A stretch of 64,000 nucleotides of DNA from Minutocellus sp. GHC0000111 (Eukaryota). Below, one piece after another: positions 12,857 through 24,194 of the stretch. How positions within the stretch are numbered: position 1 is the first letter of the stretch; the number at the start of each line of letters is the position of its first letter. The notes below the pieces were generated by a model, which worked only from the letters and a program-made list of their open reading frames with translations, was not told the origin of the DNA and made no database searches. Both the position numbers and the translations under genes were made by a program. The stretch is taken from contig OZ361257.1 in NCBI GenBank assembly GCA_977018835.1, positions 4,092,001-4,156,000 of the forward strand, in the 5' to 3' direction.

Positions 12857-15795
12857 ATGTTAATGCAAATGGCTGTTACTACTGCTGCCACCGCAGCTGA
12901 TGCGCCAGCATGTCGCCGCTCCCGTCGGTCCGGCAGCTCCATCCCATGCTTTGATTATTTTGTCCATCGGAGCGGCACCATCGATGCCTCTACGATTCGT
13001 GGCAAGTCTCCTGGGATGATCCAGACCACAGCGAACCGAGCATGGGCGGGCCTCTCACTTCAGAAACAGCAGGATGTTGTGGAGCAAGCCCGAGAGGAGG
13101 AGCTGTGCTGTCCGAGCCAGACCGGTCCTGATCCGGCACAAGATGTGCCGATTTCTCAAATTCAAATTGCTCGGCGCAATTCGTCATCCAACAACGCCGA
13201 TGCCAGCCCTGAGCCGACGGTCGAGGACAATGCTGGTATCGCTGCTCGTCCTGGTGATGACAACATCGAAGCTGGGGGCATCGCCGAGTCCATGGTGGTG
13301 GATGGAAGCGGCAACAGTGAAGAATCTGGCAATCCTGCCAGTGTCGGTGTTTCTGCTACCGGCACCGCCAATTCTGGTGGATCGACCGAGGAGAATTTGG
13401 ATGTGCTGCTGGTTGAGGCCGAAGCGCAACATGCAAAGCTGCAGAGGAGGCTTTGAAAGGGCTAAGGGACACCTTGAAACGAGAAAAGCGGAAGGATGAA
13501 AAGGCCATGGCCGATGCCGAGAAGAAAAGGAACAAAATGAAGGAGGCGATGCGTCATTTGGAGCAGAGGGTGCAAATGCGTGAACATCTTCGGTCGCACA
13601 GGATGCCGACGGATGCACCACCCGAACGCAAGAAAGCAATGAGAATGGAAGATGACATGCGACCTGCCATCAGTACTGGGGAACATGTCCTTGTGTCTGC
13701 CAACTTCAGTCCCAACATGAATCGGCCTGAGGGTAAGGGATTTGTTATGGTCAGTCGAGGTGTCGGTGGAGGTGCTCTTTGCGATGTCCAGCATGAGAAG
13801 CCTTTTGGTGGCATGATGCATGAGAATGTGCCTCTCAAGGCCATCACCCCGATCCCACTCGGCCTCAACACAGATTCAATTGCCAAGGACAGGCGCAAAC
13901 GGACAGTAGCTGCTCAGGCGGGGATGGATAGCGTTGACAGCGCCGGTGCCAATGAGCGTGCAAAGAGCGATGGCAGTCCGATGGAGACTCTTGTCGGAAA
14001 GCTTTTGCATGGCATGCGATACAGGAAGAAGGATGGATGTCTTCGAAAGGAGGCGAATCGAGCAACCAAAGGCAAGAAGGGATTGAACGACGAGGAGAAG
14101 AGCATGCTTTTTGCCCAGGGATTGCTTCTGGAAGTGCATTTGAAGAGCACCGGCGGGACGCAGCACTCAAGTAGGAACAGTTCATCGCAGAAGTTTCAGT
14201 CGGATGGGAGGGTCACTATTCGTGAGCTCTGCAGATCGTGGGGGAAGGGTAAGAATGGGCTGCGAGACATCCAGAACGAGTCTCGGAAGAATGCCATTGC
14301 CCGGGGCACACCAGCAGATCAGGCCGAGCTTGCATTTGTCACCCCCGCTCCCAAGGATTCGTCGGTTCGGCCAAAGTCTACCATTGACAATTACAAGACG
14401 GCTGAGCAGTACTTTACTGCTAAGCGCCTGTATGCAATCAATAAGTGCAGAGAGGCAAAGGAAGACTGCTATGATTCTGTGTCGAAGGAGGCTGACAATG
14501 AGTTGCTCAAAACGTACCTGACCGAGTGCGACACCATCAGCGACGATGACAAGCAGCTGTGGGAGCTGAAGAGGCGGGAGCACTTGGCAACGCAGCCGTA
14601 CATACAGAACGACATTGTTGCGGCCCTTTCCAGCAATCCTCAGCGATCGTTCCGTGGTTTGGAGCAGGACATTGGTCTGTGGTGCTCGCACAAGACGATT
14701 GAGCGGTGGCTCAAGTCATTCGACACCTTCACTTTCTACAAGGAGCGGCTGGTACCGCGCCTGTCGGAGGCTCAAAAAGCTAAGCATCTGGCCTTTGCTC
14801 AGCTCGTGCGGAATTTCTGGAACATTCGGGATGAGAACGGCAATTTACCGAATGGAAAGAAGCGAGTTCTCCTCGTGCATTACGATGAGAAATGGTTCTG
14901 GGGTCTCGTCCTCCGAGCTTTTGCGAAGGCTTGCGAGGAAATCGGCGTGAAAAAGCGAGATTACGCGGCCTTTCACAGGAGCCACATCAACAAGGTCATG
15001 GCCATTGCATTTGTTGCCGCTGTCTTTGACGGTTCTCTTGAGAATGGGTGCGAGGTTGTAAAACTGCCACTGGTACGAGCTCAAGCTCTTAAAATAGCGG
15101 AGCGAGCTCAGTACGAAGCAGCAACACAGCCTGATGGTTCAATACGGTACCCAAATACCAACCCCGATGGGACACCAAAGGAACCTCTTCGCCGGAAAGG
15201 AGAGTCGTTTCTTGTTTATTGTTGCGTTACTGGATCGAACGAAGGCACCAAAAAGGATCCGAAATGCTCTTTGCTCCTCGTATTCAAGGAGACTATTTTC
15301 CCAGCGATTCTCAACCTTGTCGGTCCGGGCAAGCAATACGAAGATTGCCATGTTATAATCCAGGGCGACCAGGCCGGGCCTCACGAGGACGGAACCTTCA
15401 CGCAATTTGTTACTAACTTCTGTGCTGAGCAAGGCTGGACGTGGCAGCCACAGGCACCGCAGATGCCTCACGCCAACGTCCTTGACTTGAGCGTGTTCCC
15501 CGCGATGAGCCGGCGGCACTCGGAATGGGCACGAAAAATGGTAGGCACCTCCGTCATTTCCACCGACCAGATCTGGGACACTGCCGAGGACGTTTACGAT
15601 AGCATGCCTAACTGCAAAATTGCTTCGGCCTTCATTCAGTACTGGAGGATAATGGGCCTGGTGATTAAGGCCGGTGGTAGCAATGAGTTTGTTGGAAGGT
15701 TGGGTGACGAAAACTTGCACACTGGAATTAGGATCGACTTCAACGAAACGGCCAAGGGGATGGAGCCCTCAGCTCGTCATCCTTCTAATAAATAG
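12857..15795 (+). CDS. Element A transposase (DD38D, plant/oomycete DD39D mariner-related); frameshift at ~13453 joins ORFs 12857-13456 and 13453-15795
   Basis: Motifs HYDEKWFW, IQGDQAGPH and PQAPQMPHANVLDLSVF, with 38 residues between the 2nd and 3rd Asp. Confidence 0.88.
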
Positions 15796-15890
15796 ATAGT
15801 ATTAATATCTTTACACATGTATTAAATAAATGTTACACGTCTACAAATTATTTATAGATCTACATGTAAGATGCAGCAGCATTGGTTTGT

Positions 15891-17033
15891 TTATATCACG
15901 GTGGGCTTCTTTGTTCTTCTATTTCTACCGGTATTCTTTTTTGCCTCCTTGGCCTTCTTATGATCATCAGAAAGCCACACAGCGTGGAGGGACTGACGAA
16001 TCTTTCCGCGCTTCACACCATGTGCATCGGCAAGTTTGTTGTCAGTGAGGGCAGGGTGAGCAGTTGGTTGTTTACTCCCATCCTCATATCCCAACTTATA
16101 TGCATCTAATGCAATCTTGTCAGTAGATAATGCAATAGAGAATTCTATTGTCTTGTTATCATACAATCCGAGTTCTCTGCTTCTCCACCCTTTCGGGTAG
16201 GCACCACAACCCTCTCTTACTTGGCGATCGACTTCGATCATGCCTAGCACTGTGGTGACCGCGACCTCGCTACCCCAACCAGGAACTTGTTTGAAGGGGA
16301 GGTAGACCCCTTTCTCTTTTCTTGGTTCGGGCCTCTGACTACATGTGGGTGACTTGTAGTTCTTTATATCTTGTGGTAGTGGTGCTTCTCCGTACGTCAA
16401 AAAGCACGCAAGCCTCCGATGTTCCTCAACCTCTCGTTCAATGTGTCGTTCGGTTGGTTCGGTTGGTTCGGTTGGAGGCAAGGGCTCCAAGATGGTAGGG
16501 GATGACAATTGAAGGTTGCTGAACGACGGGCATGAGCGGCTTGGGGTAAGAGCATACTGAGTATGAACTGACATTGGACTTGTTACCATGGGCGTGGCGG
16601 AGGGAAGGTCGAATGAGCTCACGGGCTTTCTCCTCTCGCCGCTTGGCTTGGCGTCGGCGGTTGCTATGCTCATCTCTGAGAATGAATCATCTTCATCAGA
16701 ATGAGATGAAACAGTAGCGGTACCGCGAAAGTCGGCACGCAATATGTCATGATGCAAGCACTTCCTTGCTTGGGCTTGTTCGGCGGCGAAGCCATCCTCT
16801 TCGTTGTACTCGCGTCGATATTTCAACACACGAGGAGATGTGAGGTCTGACGATGCCGGTGGGACCCCTTGGTTGTCCTCCTCGTCATCGTTGTCCTTGT
16901 TCTCTCGATACCGCGGATGTTCCGGCGTTTCGTTGGAAGTTTCCTTCTCATGGCGCGAGGGGCTGAATGCAGTCGCCTCGGCGCGTTTCGGTGGACGCGG
17001 TGGACTGAAGATGTGTCCCTTTGGAGTATCCAT
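15891..17033 (-). CDS. Second, convergent ORF inside element A (380 aa, unknown function)
   Basis: ATG at 17033 (MDTPKG...), open in both copies with only in-frame indels. Lies between the transposase stop and the right TIR, sharing an AT-rich 3' spacer. Basic C-terminal tail. Confidence 0.6.
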   Translation of the reverse strand: MDTPKGHIFSPPRPPKRAEATAFSPSRHEKETSNETPEHPRYRENKDNDDEEDNQGVPPASSDLTSPRVLKYRREYNEEDGFAAEQAQARKCLHHDILRADFRGTATVSSHSDEDDSFSEMSIATADAKPSGERRKPVSSFDLPSATPMVTSPMSVHTQYALTPSRSCPSFSNLQLSSPTILEPLPPTEPTEPTERHIEREVEEHRRLACFLTYGEAPLPQDIKNYKSPTCSQRPEPRKEKGVYLPFKQVPGWGSEVAVTTVLGMIEVDRQVREGCGAYPKGWRSRELGLYDNKTIEFSIALSTDKIALDAYKLGYEDGSKQPTAHPALTDNKLADAHGVKRGKIRQSLHAVWLSDDHKKAKEAKKNTGRNRRTKKPTVI

Positions 17034-17251
17034 GAGTATGGAAACTTCTTGAAGCGCCAGTCGGCAGAACTTGCCCAGTCTATTTGTGGTAATTGCTTGG
17101 AGGTCGGTTGTTGACGGATGTGTTTTGATTTGCTTGCTTTGCCGCGTGTTTTTCAAGGTGCGCGCAAACCGCCGTGTCGGAAAGTCCAAAGACCCAAAAA
17201 ACCGGGTCCCCGAAATTGCTGTCCCGGACCTCGTACCTAGGTACCTAGGCA

Positions 17252-20200
17252 CCTTTCGGTTTCAGAGGATTTGTAGAGGGTATACCAATAACCCCTAAAA
17301 AAGGACATTCTTGCACCCATTTCTCATTTCCCACCACGTGTTTTGTTAGTCGACATTCTCTTCGGGAGGAACGCAAATACTCCTCAACTCGTGGATATCT
17401 ACTGGACCTGCTCATTCAGTAGGTTGCCACCGACCAGTAGCATCCACTGAATTCGCAGGTCCAGTAGATTCTGGCAGGAACACACATGTTTTTTGGTCCC
17501 CCGCACACCCTCACCGCAACCCGCAAATTTTGTGACGATGACGACGACCAACCAGACCACGCCCAAAAAATACAAACGCAGCAGAACTTCGTTCTCAGGG
17601 AGCAAGAGAGGCAACACCAAGGCATCCAGGAAGGCGGCAAAGGCGGCAGCTGAGCCGAAAACACCATCGCCGAGCGCAAACACGTCGAAGAAGCGGCCAC
17701 GGACGGTCAAATTCGCCCCCGCCAAACCGTCACCGTCGTCGGCGAAGAAGAGGACGGCCCCTCCTCCTATCCCCATGGCCTTTCTCCTTGCAGCAGATGT
17801 CATTCGAAGGGCTGGTAAGGATCTGTGGTGGAGAGCAACCCCCGATTCCTGCGGCAAAGATGACATTTGTGTTGGTTCTCGGCAGAAATGGGAAGACGTC
17901 CTCCCTGCTTTCATCGAGGCCGACTTGTTGCGTTCCAAGTCCGTCGGTGGAGGAAAGCATGAGCTACAGTACAACGAGGAAAAATGGAAGGATGTGCAGC
18001 AACATCTCAAGGAGCATTGTAGTTTGAAGTTGCACTTGTCGACGCATCGGCCGAGAGGGAAGACAAGACGCAGGGCGCTTTATGTTTGTGCTCACAGGTT
18101 GCGTAAAAAGAAGGAGGACAACCACCCGAAATTCTCTGGACCGGAGGGACAGAAGGTGCACGAGAAAAGAAATCCCGATGAAGTTCTGTTCTCTGGGCGC
18201 TCGACTGTCTTAGCTGCTAAGCTAGGTGAGAGGTTGTCAGCTCACAGAAAGGAGGTGCAGTCAGCGCATTGCGAAGCAAGAGTAAAATCACTAGTCGACG
18301 AGTCCAAGAAACTGGGTTGGATGCCAGCAAGTCTCCTCAGCATGCTGAAAGGAACTGGTGATACTTCCGCCACTGAAGCAGCTGCAGCCTTCCCCAATGA
18401 TAAAGGTTTAGGAGGAGCCGATGCTTCCGTTGTCTGTGCCACCTCCAGTGACATTGATGAACAGGTAAAGGTCGCTCTCGGCCTCGACTTTGTTGTTCGG
18501 ATGGCCAACGATGACATGCTCCGTCCTCCTCGTCCCAATGCAACCGTCACCGAACCAACACCAATCAGAAAAGAAAAGCAGGCGAATGAAAGAATGCGGT
18601 TCAGCGCCGTGGCTCTCGCGGATTGGTGGGGATGCGGCGACCCAACTCGCACGCATGAAGACCGGCAACAAATTGCAACTGCCGCGTGTCGGCAAGTTGC
18701 GTACGATCACGGTTGTGCCAAGTCAACCGGTGGTTCTCAGCTTTACAAGTGGAGAGACCAGCTCTACAAAAGCCTTACTGATGGCATCAGCAATCCCATC
18801 GGCAGAAAGGAGGTTCGTGGAAGGAAGGCACACACGGACATGATCGAGGAGAAGGAGCCAGGATGTCTCCGCGAGCTGTGTCGGCATGCCACTCGGATGA
18901 AGGGTGCGATGGCAACCTTTAAGGAGCTAGCTGACTGTGTGAGAGCGCAAAATCAGCTACTCCAGATGAAGATAGGCTGACAATTAGTCTCCATCGTCTT
19001 CAGCGTTTTCGCTGGTGGAAACAGCAAGGCGGCAAGGAGAAGTCGTCGATCGAGAAGCCGAGGCTCACCCCCGAATGTTGTAGGAAGCGACTTGATTGGA
19101 TCGAAAAGTGGGAGGACATTACGACCGATCCCAACATTCCTGTAGCGTGTCTTGATGAAAAGTGGTTTTACACTGCTACTCGGCGACGAAAGATCAAGAT
19201 GTTGCCACTTTCTGACGAAGAACTAAGCAGTCCGAACCTCGCGTCTGTCCATGCTTCCGAGGCAAGCCCGAAAATTCGATCCAGAAGACACCCTGTCAAA
19301 GTTATGTGTCTTGGAGTTGTTGGCCGACCAATGAAGGATGAAACCAAAGACGTTGATTTCAATGGGCGCATCATGATCAAGAGAGTCGCCAGGGAGCAGA
19401 AGGTGGAAAAGCTTACGCGCAATCAGAATTTCTCTCCAGATGCTAAGGTAACGATGCGCTAAAAAATGACAAAGATTGGCGCGACATTTACGACGAGAAT
19501 GCTGACATGACCGCCGGCCATCTTTGCGACCACATTGCCGAAATCTACGGCCTTTCTGAGTTTGTTACAGAGCGATTGGAACTTCAACACGAGGACTGTA
19601 AATCCGACGGTCAGGCAAAAAGTCGGAAGCATGCCGCTGTTGGCTACAATCAAAAGATCTCGAGTCTCAAGCGACACACTCCTGATAGCAATGGAGAGAA
19701 GGTGAAGGTTGAGATCGACGACCTTGAGCTCGGGGTGCGGCATCAACGGGGCGACAAGGTTACCAAGGACTGTAGCTGCGACTCCAAATGGATGTTGGAG
19801 AGACTGTGTGACTCGAATGAGGTCGGGAAGGCGATTCGAGACGCACATCATTGGGTGAAGTGGGATCCACAAAATATTCAGGAGTCTGATGTTATGTGTC
19901 TTATGATGGACAATGCCGGCGGTCATGGGTCCAATGAAGCAGTTGAGAAGTGCACCGAGGACCTCAAAAACAAACACAAGATTGAGACAATCCAGCAGCA
20001 GGTTCCTCGGTCGCCCGAGACAAATGTTCTTGATCTCGGCATCTGGATGTCTTTGCAGTCGGCCGTCGAAAAGGAGCATCGCGGTCAGAAGAATGATGCG
20101 AATGCTCTTGACAAGACTGTGATGAAAGTATGGGCCAATGTCGCATCAAAAGAGGCCTTTCTCAATGTATTTGGAAAACTTCCAGTGATATATAACAACA

Positions 20201-20712
20201 TCAAGAGAAGTCGTGGCGGTAACAATCTTGTGGAGACCAGACGGGGAAAGGCTGGTCTCGCAAAAATTGCCGAGGAAGAAGCTGAAGAGGATGGTGAACC
20301 ACTCTGGCCAATTGATGCTCCCGGCGAAGATGATGACATTGAGGACGACATAGATGAAAATGATGAAGACGATGGAGTCATTGATTTGCTATAACTTATC
20401 ATAGCATGTCCATTTCTATTCATTACATTTTGATTTGGTGCTTCCCCAAAAATATGTATTTTTTCCCGGGGTGAGGAATGCAAATGTCGAAAAAAATCAT
20501 CACATAATGTACATTTATTGGTTCTGGTGCACAATATCTCTCGACTACATGTAGAAGTTGGTGACCATAACTTGGTTCTTGCCCCGACTTCCATCTTGGC
20601 CGTCATTTATTCCTCGGAGTTAGAAAATGTGAGCTTGGATTTTTGGTCTGGTGTGGTCGTGTTTCTAATACGTCATCATCACGTCACTTTCAAATCCTCT
20701 GAACTCGAAAGG
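17252..20712 (+). mobile_element. Mariner-like element B, copy B1 (3.46 kb, full length, 22-bp imperfect TIRs)
   Basis: Left cctttcggtttcagaggatttg, right caaatcctctgaactcgaaagg followed by TA (20713-14). The left TSD reads CA (17250-51). Confidence 0.92.
17538..20394 (+). pseudogene. Element B transposase (DD39D-type), frameshifted and hypermutated
   Basis: Motifs ACLDEKWFY, KVMCLGVVGRP, MMDNAGGHG and QVPRSPETNVLDLGIW, split over ORFs 17493-18980, 19199-19462 and 19507-20394. Confidence 0.88.
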
Positions 20713-20921
20713 TAGGCCTACCTAGGTACTCAGCGTTGCCTTTGCGATTCCACCACCGAAACTTTTACACCACACCGGCAAGGCGGCGGTGGTCCATTTG
20801 TCTAGCCGCGTCAGTGGCAGCTAGTAGTCAAAAGAATAATGCTGTCGGTACTCCAGATCATAATACTGATGGCCCTCTAGCCGCAACGGAGACCAAGCCA
20901 GCCGCATTAATCCACAGGCAA

Positions 20922-22046
20922 ATGAGTGACCCAACCGGCAGCGGGTATGCGGGCTATCATTTGATGGCAGAGACGGGTGCTCCCGACCATTCACATCGGA
21001 CATTGCCTGCTGCTCAAGCAACAGTCCCACAACACGAGGAATCACCACCAACATCATTCCCCCCTCGATTCGTCGAAATTGGAAGTCCATTCATCCATGC
21101 AGCGGATTATGCCGCGGGGATGGCAATGAGGGATAACGTCGTGCACGCAGTAATGTCTGAACTCAGTCTGGAGGGTAGCAACGAGGAGGGGGCTATGATG
21201 GACCTTGTGGATGAGTTCATACGCGGCATGACAGTTCGGCTGGAGCGCACCGGTTCTCTTGCTAGCGAATCGAGGAACACGAAATCAACATCACGGGCTC
21301 AAATATTGCCAGTTTTGGCCAAAGATGCTCCAGTGATTGCTTCGTGGTATAACGCACATGGCGACAAGGCTTTGTCCTACACCTCCAAAGCATGGAGCGA
21401 TTGGTGGGTGCAACGATGCGGTCATCCAGATGTCGGATGTGAGATGATCAAAGTGGTTGTGTGCGAAGATGGCAATGACGATGTGTGCACACAAGGAGAA
21501 GTCATACTCGGCATTGCCTACGTTGAGCGAACAGTCGTTGATCGGTACCCCATTGATTCGCCCCAAAGTGAAGAGTTATGCGGTGATGATGATGGATCAA
21601 GCTTAATTGGAAAGAAACGAAGAAGGGAAGGAACTGAAAGTATTGCCAATTCACGGATTATTCGCACCACACTTCTGCGAGGAATTCGAATCAACCCAAA
21701 ATACAACCCCGAGGTGACCAGAAGGCTGAGTGGTCTTAGCATCAAAAACAAAGATAGTGTTGCCACTATTGGTGGTATTCCTGGTGCACTCGTCGTCCAT
21801 GTTTTGGAACAGAGCTTGAGGTTTGGTAACGAAGCTGTAGGGGTGCATTGTCCAAAAATTGATTCTGCAGAGGCTTTCTTTCAGGGACTTTTCCAAGGAT
21901 CAAGACAAAGACGGAATAGCACATGCAAGATCACCACCCCAGAAGACGAGGACGGTAGAAAATACTTTCGCTTGTTTGGAGGCAAACGATGGGAAGTGCT
22001 CAGAGCGGCTATTGTGCAACAAATCAGACTAAGCAATCAGAATTAA
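20922..22046 (+). CDS. Hypothetical protein, possible GNAT-fold C-terminal domain
   Basis: 375 codons from the first ATG of a long ORF. The series ILGIAYVER / LLRGIRINPKYN / GGIPGALV / AVGVHC..AEAFF resembles GNAT motif A/B order (inference). Confidence 0.55.
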   Translation: MSDPTGSGYAGYHLMAETGAPDHSHRTLPAAQATVPQHEESPPTSFPPRFVEIGSPFIHAADYAAGMAMRDNVVHAVMSELSLEGSNEEGAMMDLVDEFIRGMTVRLERTGSLASESRNTKSTSRAQILPVLAKDAPVIASWYNAHGDKALSYTSKAWSDWWVQRCGHPDVGCEMIKVVVCEDGNDDVCTQGEVILGIAYVERTVVDRYPIDSPQSEELCGDDDGSSLIGKKRRREGTESIANSRIIRTTLLRGIRINPKYNPEVTRRLSGLSIKNKDSVATIGGIPGALVVHVLEQSLRFGNEAVGVHCPKIDSAEAFFQGLFQGSRQRRNSTCKITTPEDEDGRKYFRLFGGKRWEVLRAAIVQQIRLSNQN

Positions 22047-22365
22047 GAATTTCCTAATAGTGTTATTGTGAATTTATTCTCTTTGTTATCTCTAATCTCT
22101 GCTTCGCCAATACCGATTCACACCGCTTTGTTTCTTCGAACATTTTCGTTCATCTTATGATTCTATAATTCTTCTTCTTCTCTTCTTTATCTATTTCTCA
22201 CATAATTCGGGGCAAGCTACTTTGTATTTGCACCTGTTCGACATATATATTGATTGATCTAATTTTCCAAGAGAGGTCCTAATAGCCTTACCTAGGTAAG
22301 GCTCATCCTCACTGAAAGACCAGCAGAGGCGTCGAAAGAAGACGAAGATTGACTCACCGGCTCGA

Positions 22366-23787
22366 TTGAAGGATCCGGTGCCGACCATTCCGGATCAGTC
22401 GACCATTCCGGCTCGGCAATCGAAATCGTCTGGCCAATTGAGCCGAGCATTTGGTACTTCCATCAATGCCAATCAGCTGCAACCCTTGTCGGCACTAGTA
22501 CCGACCGAGGCACCGACTAAGAAGAGGAAGCCGCCGAGCGCCAGTTCCAGCTCACTGCCGAATGCAGGTGGTTCGCATGCAGCCGACTCTGCATCTGCAT
22601 CGGCTCCCAATGCTAGATCCGATTCGTTGGAAGATCGACGAGCCATTGCCGGTGATGGATCTTCGTCCGTTTTGAACAGAAGTGGCTCCATCGAGACTGA
22701 TGCCAGCACCAAGATTACCTCAGAATCTACTAGCACGATACCGCTACCGAAGCGGGCACGTGACGCTCTCCCTTCCGAGATAGATGATCCCACTCAATTT
22801 GAGTTCGACCCGGCCACTTGGGGCCGAATTCCCACCGACCTCCAACAGTGCCTCGTCAACAAATTCACTGACTCCAATGATCCTTACGGTCTGTCCCTCC
22901 GTTGTTATATTAGGATGCTGGGAAAGTCATTGGACTCGAACGGGCAATGTCCTCTCTATCTTTTGAGACGCAAAAACCTTCGTTTCGGAACCTGGAAAAA
23001 GCGGAAAAGCCTGCTCTACTATGCACCAACTCTACGTCGAGCAAAGGGCAAGAAAGAAACAAAATTGCTGCCAGATTCTGACAATGATGACTTGCAGGGC
23101 TGTTACTTTCCTCAGGTCCTATATTCCAACGGCAAGTATGTGGAATTGACTCTGGCACACACCGACATTGCCTTTCTCGACGGTACGAGGATTAGGGCTT
23201 CGGACATTGCCAAGTTGAGGTCCAAGTTTTTTGTCGATGAGATGAGAATTGATTTCGTTATATGGTCTCGAGATTTTTTCGGTTCATCCATGGCCATTGG
23301 TGATTTCAACCGAAGATGTTTATCTATCAAGCGGAGAGGAAGCTGGCATTTGGTCTCGAACAGTTCAGAATCATTTAGCACTGGCTTTTCGTATACGACG
23401 TACAGCTTTTCCACAAGTGGGGGTGTGTTCATCGATATTTGCGGTGTGTTCATGACACCATTGGTATACAACGGAGGAGCGCCTGCTCTGATTCAATGCG
23501 ATTCAGCATATCTGGTCAACAAAGATAGATCTCGAGAGAAAATGTCGGTGTCGATCCAGGACCGCACAATGAATGGAATGTACGGAGCTGCACGCCCATT
23601 GAACGCATACAAAGACTGGACACTGCCATCCAATGCCTTGAGAGAGAAGCTGGAGGACCTTCCAATGAACGGAATCCGTCCGAGGGATATTCGGGTAGAA
23701 GATGTTATTCTTGATAAAGGAGGTAACTGGCACCCAGGTACACGTCATTATCACCAGGAGGGCATGGACAAGTTAAGCTTAGGTTAG
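22366..23787 (+). CDS. Hypothetical protein (473-aa open frame, no nearby ATG; may continue by frameshift to ~24008)
   Basis: Long ORF with a Ser-rich N-part and globular-looking C-part. No recognised motif. Confidence 0.45.
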   Translation: MKDPVPTIPDQSTIPARQSKSSGQLSRAFGTSINANQLQPLSALVPTEAPTKKRKPPSASSSSLPNAGGSHAADSASASAPNARSDSLEDRRAIAGDGSSSVLNRSGSIETDASTKITSESTSTIPLPKRARDALPSEIDDPTQFEFDPATWGRIPTDLQQCLVNKFTDSNDPYGLSLRCYIRMLGKSLDSNGQCPLYLLRRKNLRFGTWKKRKSLLYYAPTLRRAKGKKETKLLPDSDNDDLQGCYFPQVLYSNGKYVELTLAHTDIAFLDGTRIRASDIAKLRSKFFVDEMRIDFVIWSRDFFGSSMAIGDFNRRCLSIKRRGSWHLVSNSSESFSTGFSYTTYSFSTSGGVFIDICGVFMTPLVYNGGAPALIQCDSAYLVNKDRSREKMSVSIQDRTMNGMYGAARPLNAYKDWTLPSNALREKLEDLPMNGIRPRDIRVEDVILDKGGNWHPGTRHYHQEGMDKLSLG

Positions 23788-24194
23788 AGATCTTATGGCT
23801 GGAGAAAGAAGGCAGCACAAGACGTAGTTGCATCAGTTCGGGCGCGACCAGGCCGATTTCTCAGGAAGGACCCCAAAAGGCGAGAAATCTACTATGATGT
23901 TGGCGACGAGAATGCTCAGAAAGCTGCAGACACGATGATCAACCACTTTGATACAGATGAAAGGAGGAAAGCGAAGGAGAAAGCGGAGGACAGAGGGCTA
24001 CATGGTTGAGCTGAGCTCCCAGAATGGATGATGTGTTTTTCTTTGAGATTTGACCGTTGGTCCTTGTAACAACAATAACCTAACCCCTAACATAACTTTG
24101 CCTTCGGTCCGATCCTGTCCGGCCTGGGCCAAGGATGCACTTGGTGATTATTTGTTCCACTCAGCGATGCTTCCCGGCAGCGGAGAATTCTCCC

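Larger units (their letters stand above)
12283..17233 (+). mobile_element. IS630/Tc1/mariner-superfamily element A, copy A1 (4.95 kb, ~47-bp imperfect TIRs, TA TSD)
   Basis: TA|cgaggtcgcggacagcagcatcagggacccggttttcgggtctttgg at 12281, and inverted ccaaagacccaaaaaaccgggtccccgaaattgctgtcccggacctcg|TA ending at 17235. Encloses a DDD transposase. Confidence 0.92.
11527..20144 (+). repeat. Left arm of ~8.6-kb inverted duplication (partner 28341-36953)
   Basis: ORF track is mirrored, e.g. 13453-15795(+) = 32685-35027(-), coordinate sum ~48480. Both ends were located by direct comparison. Confidence 0.95.
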
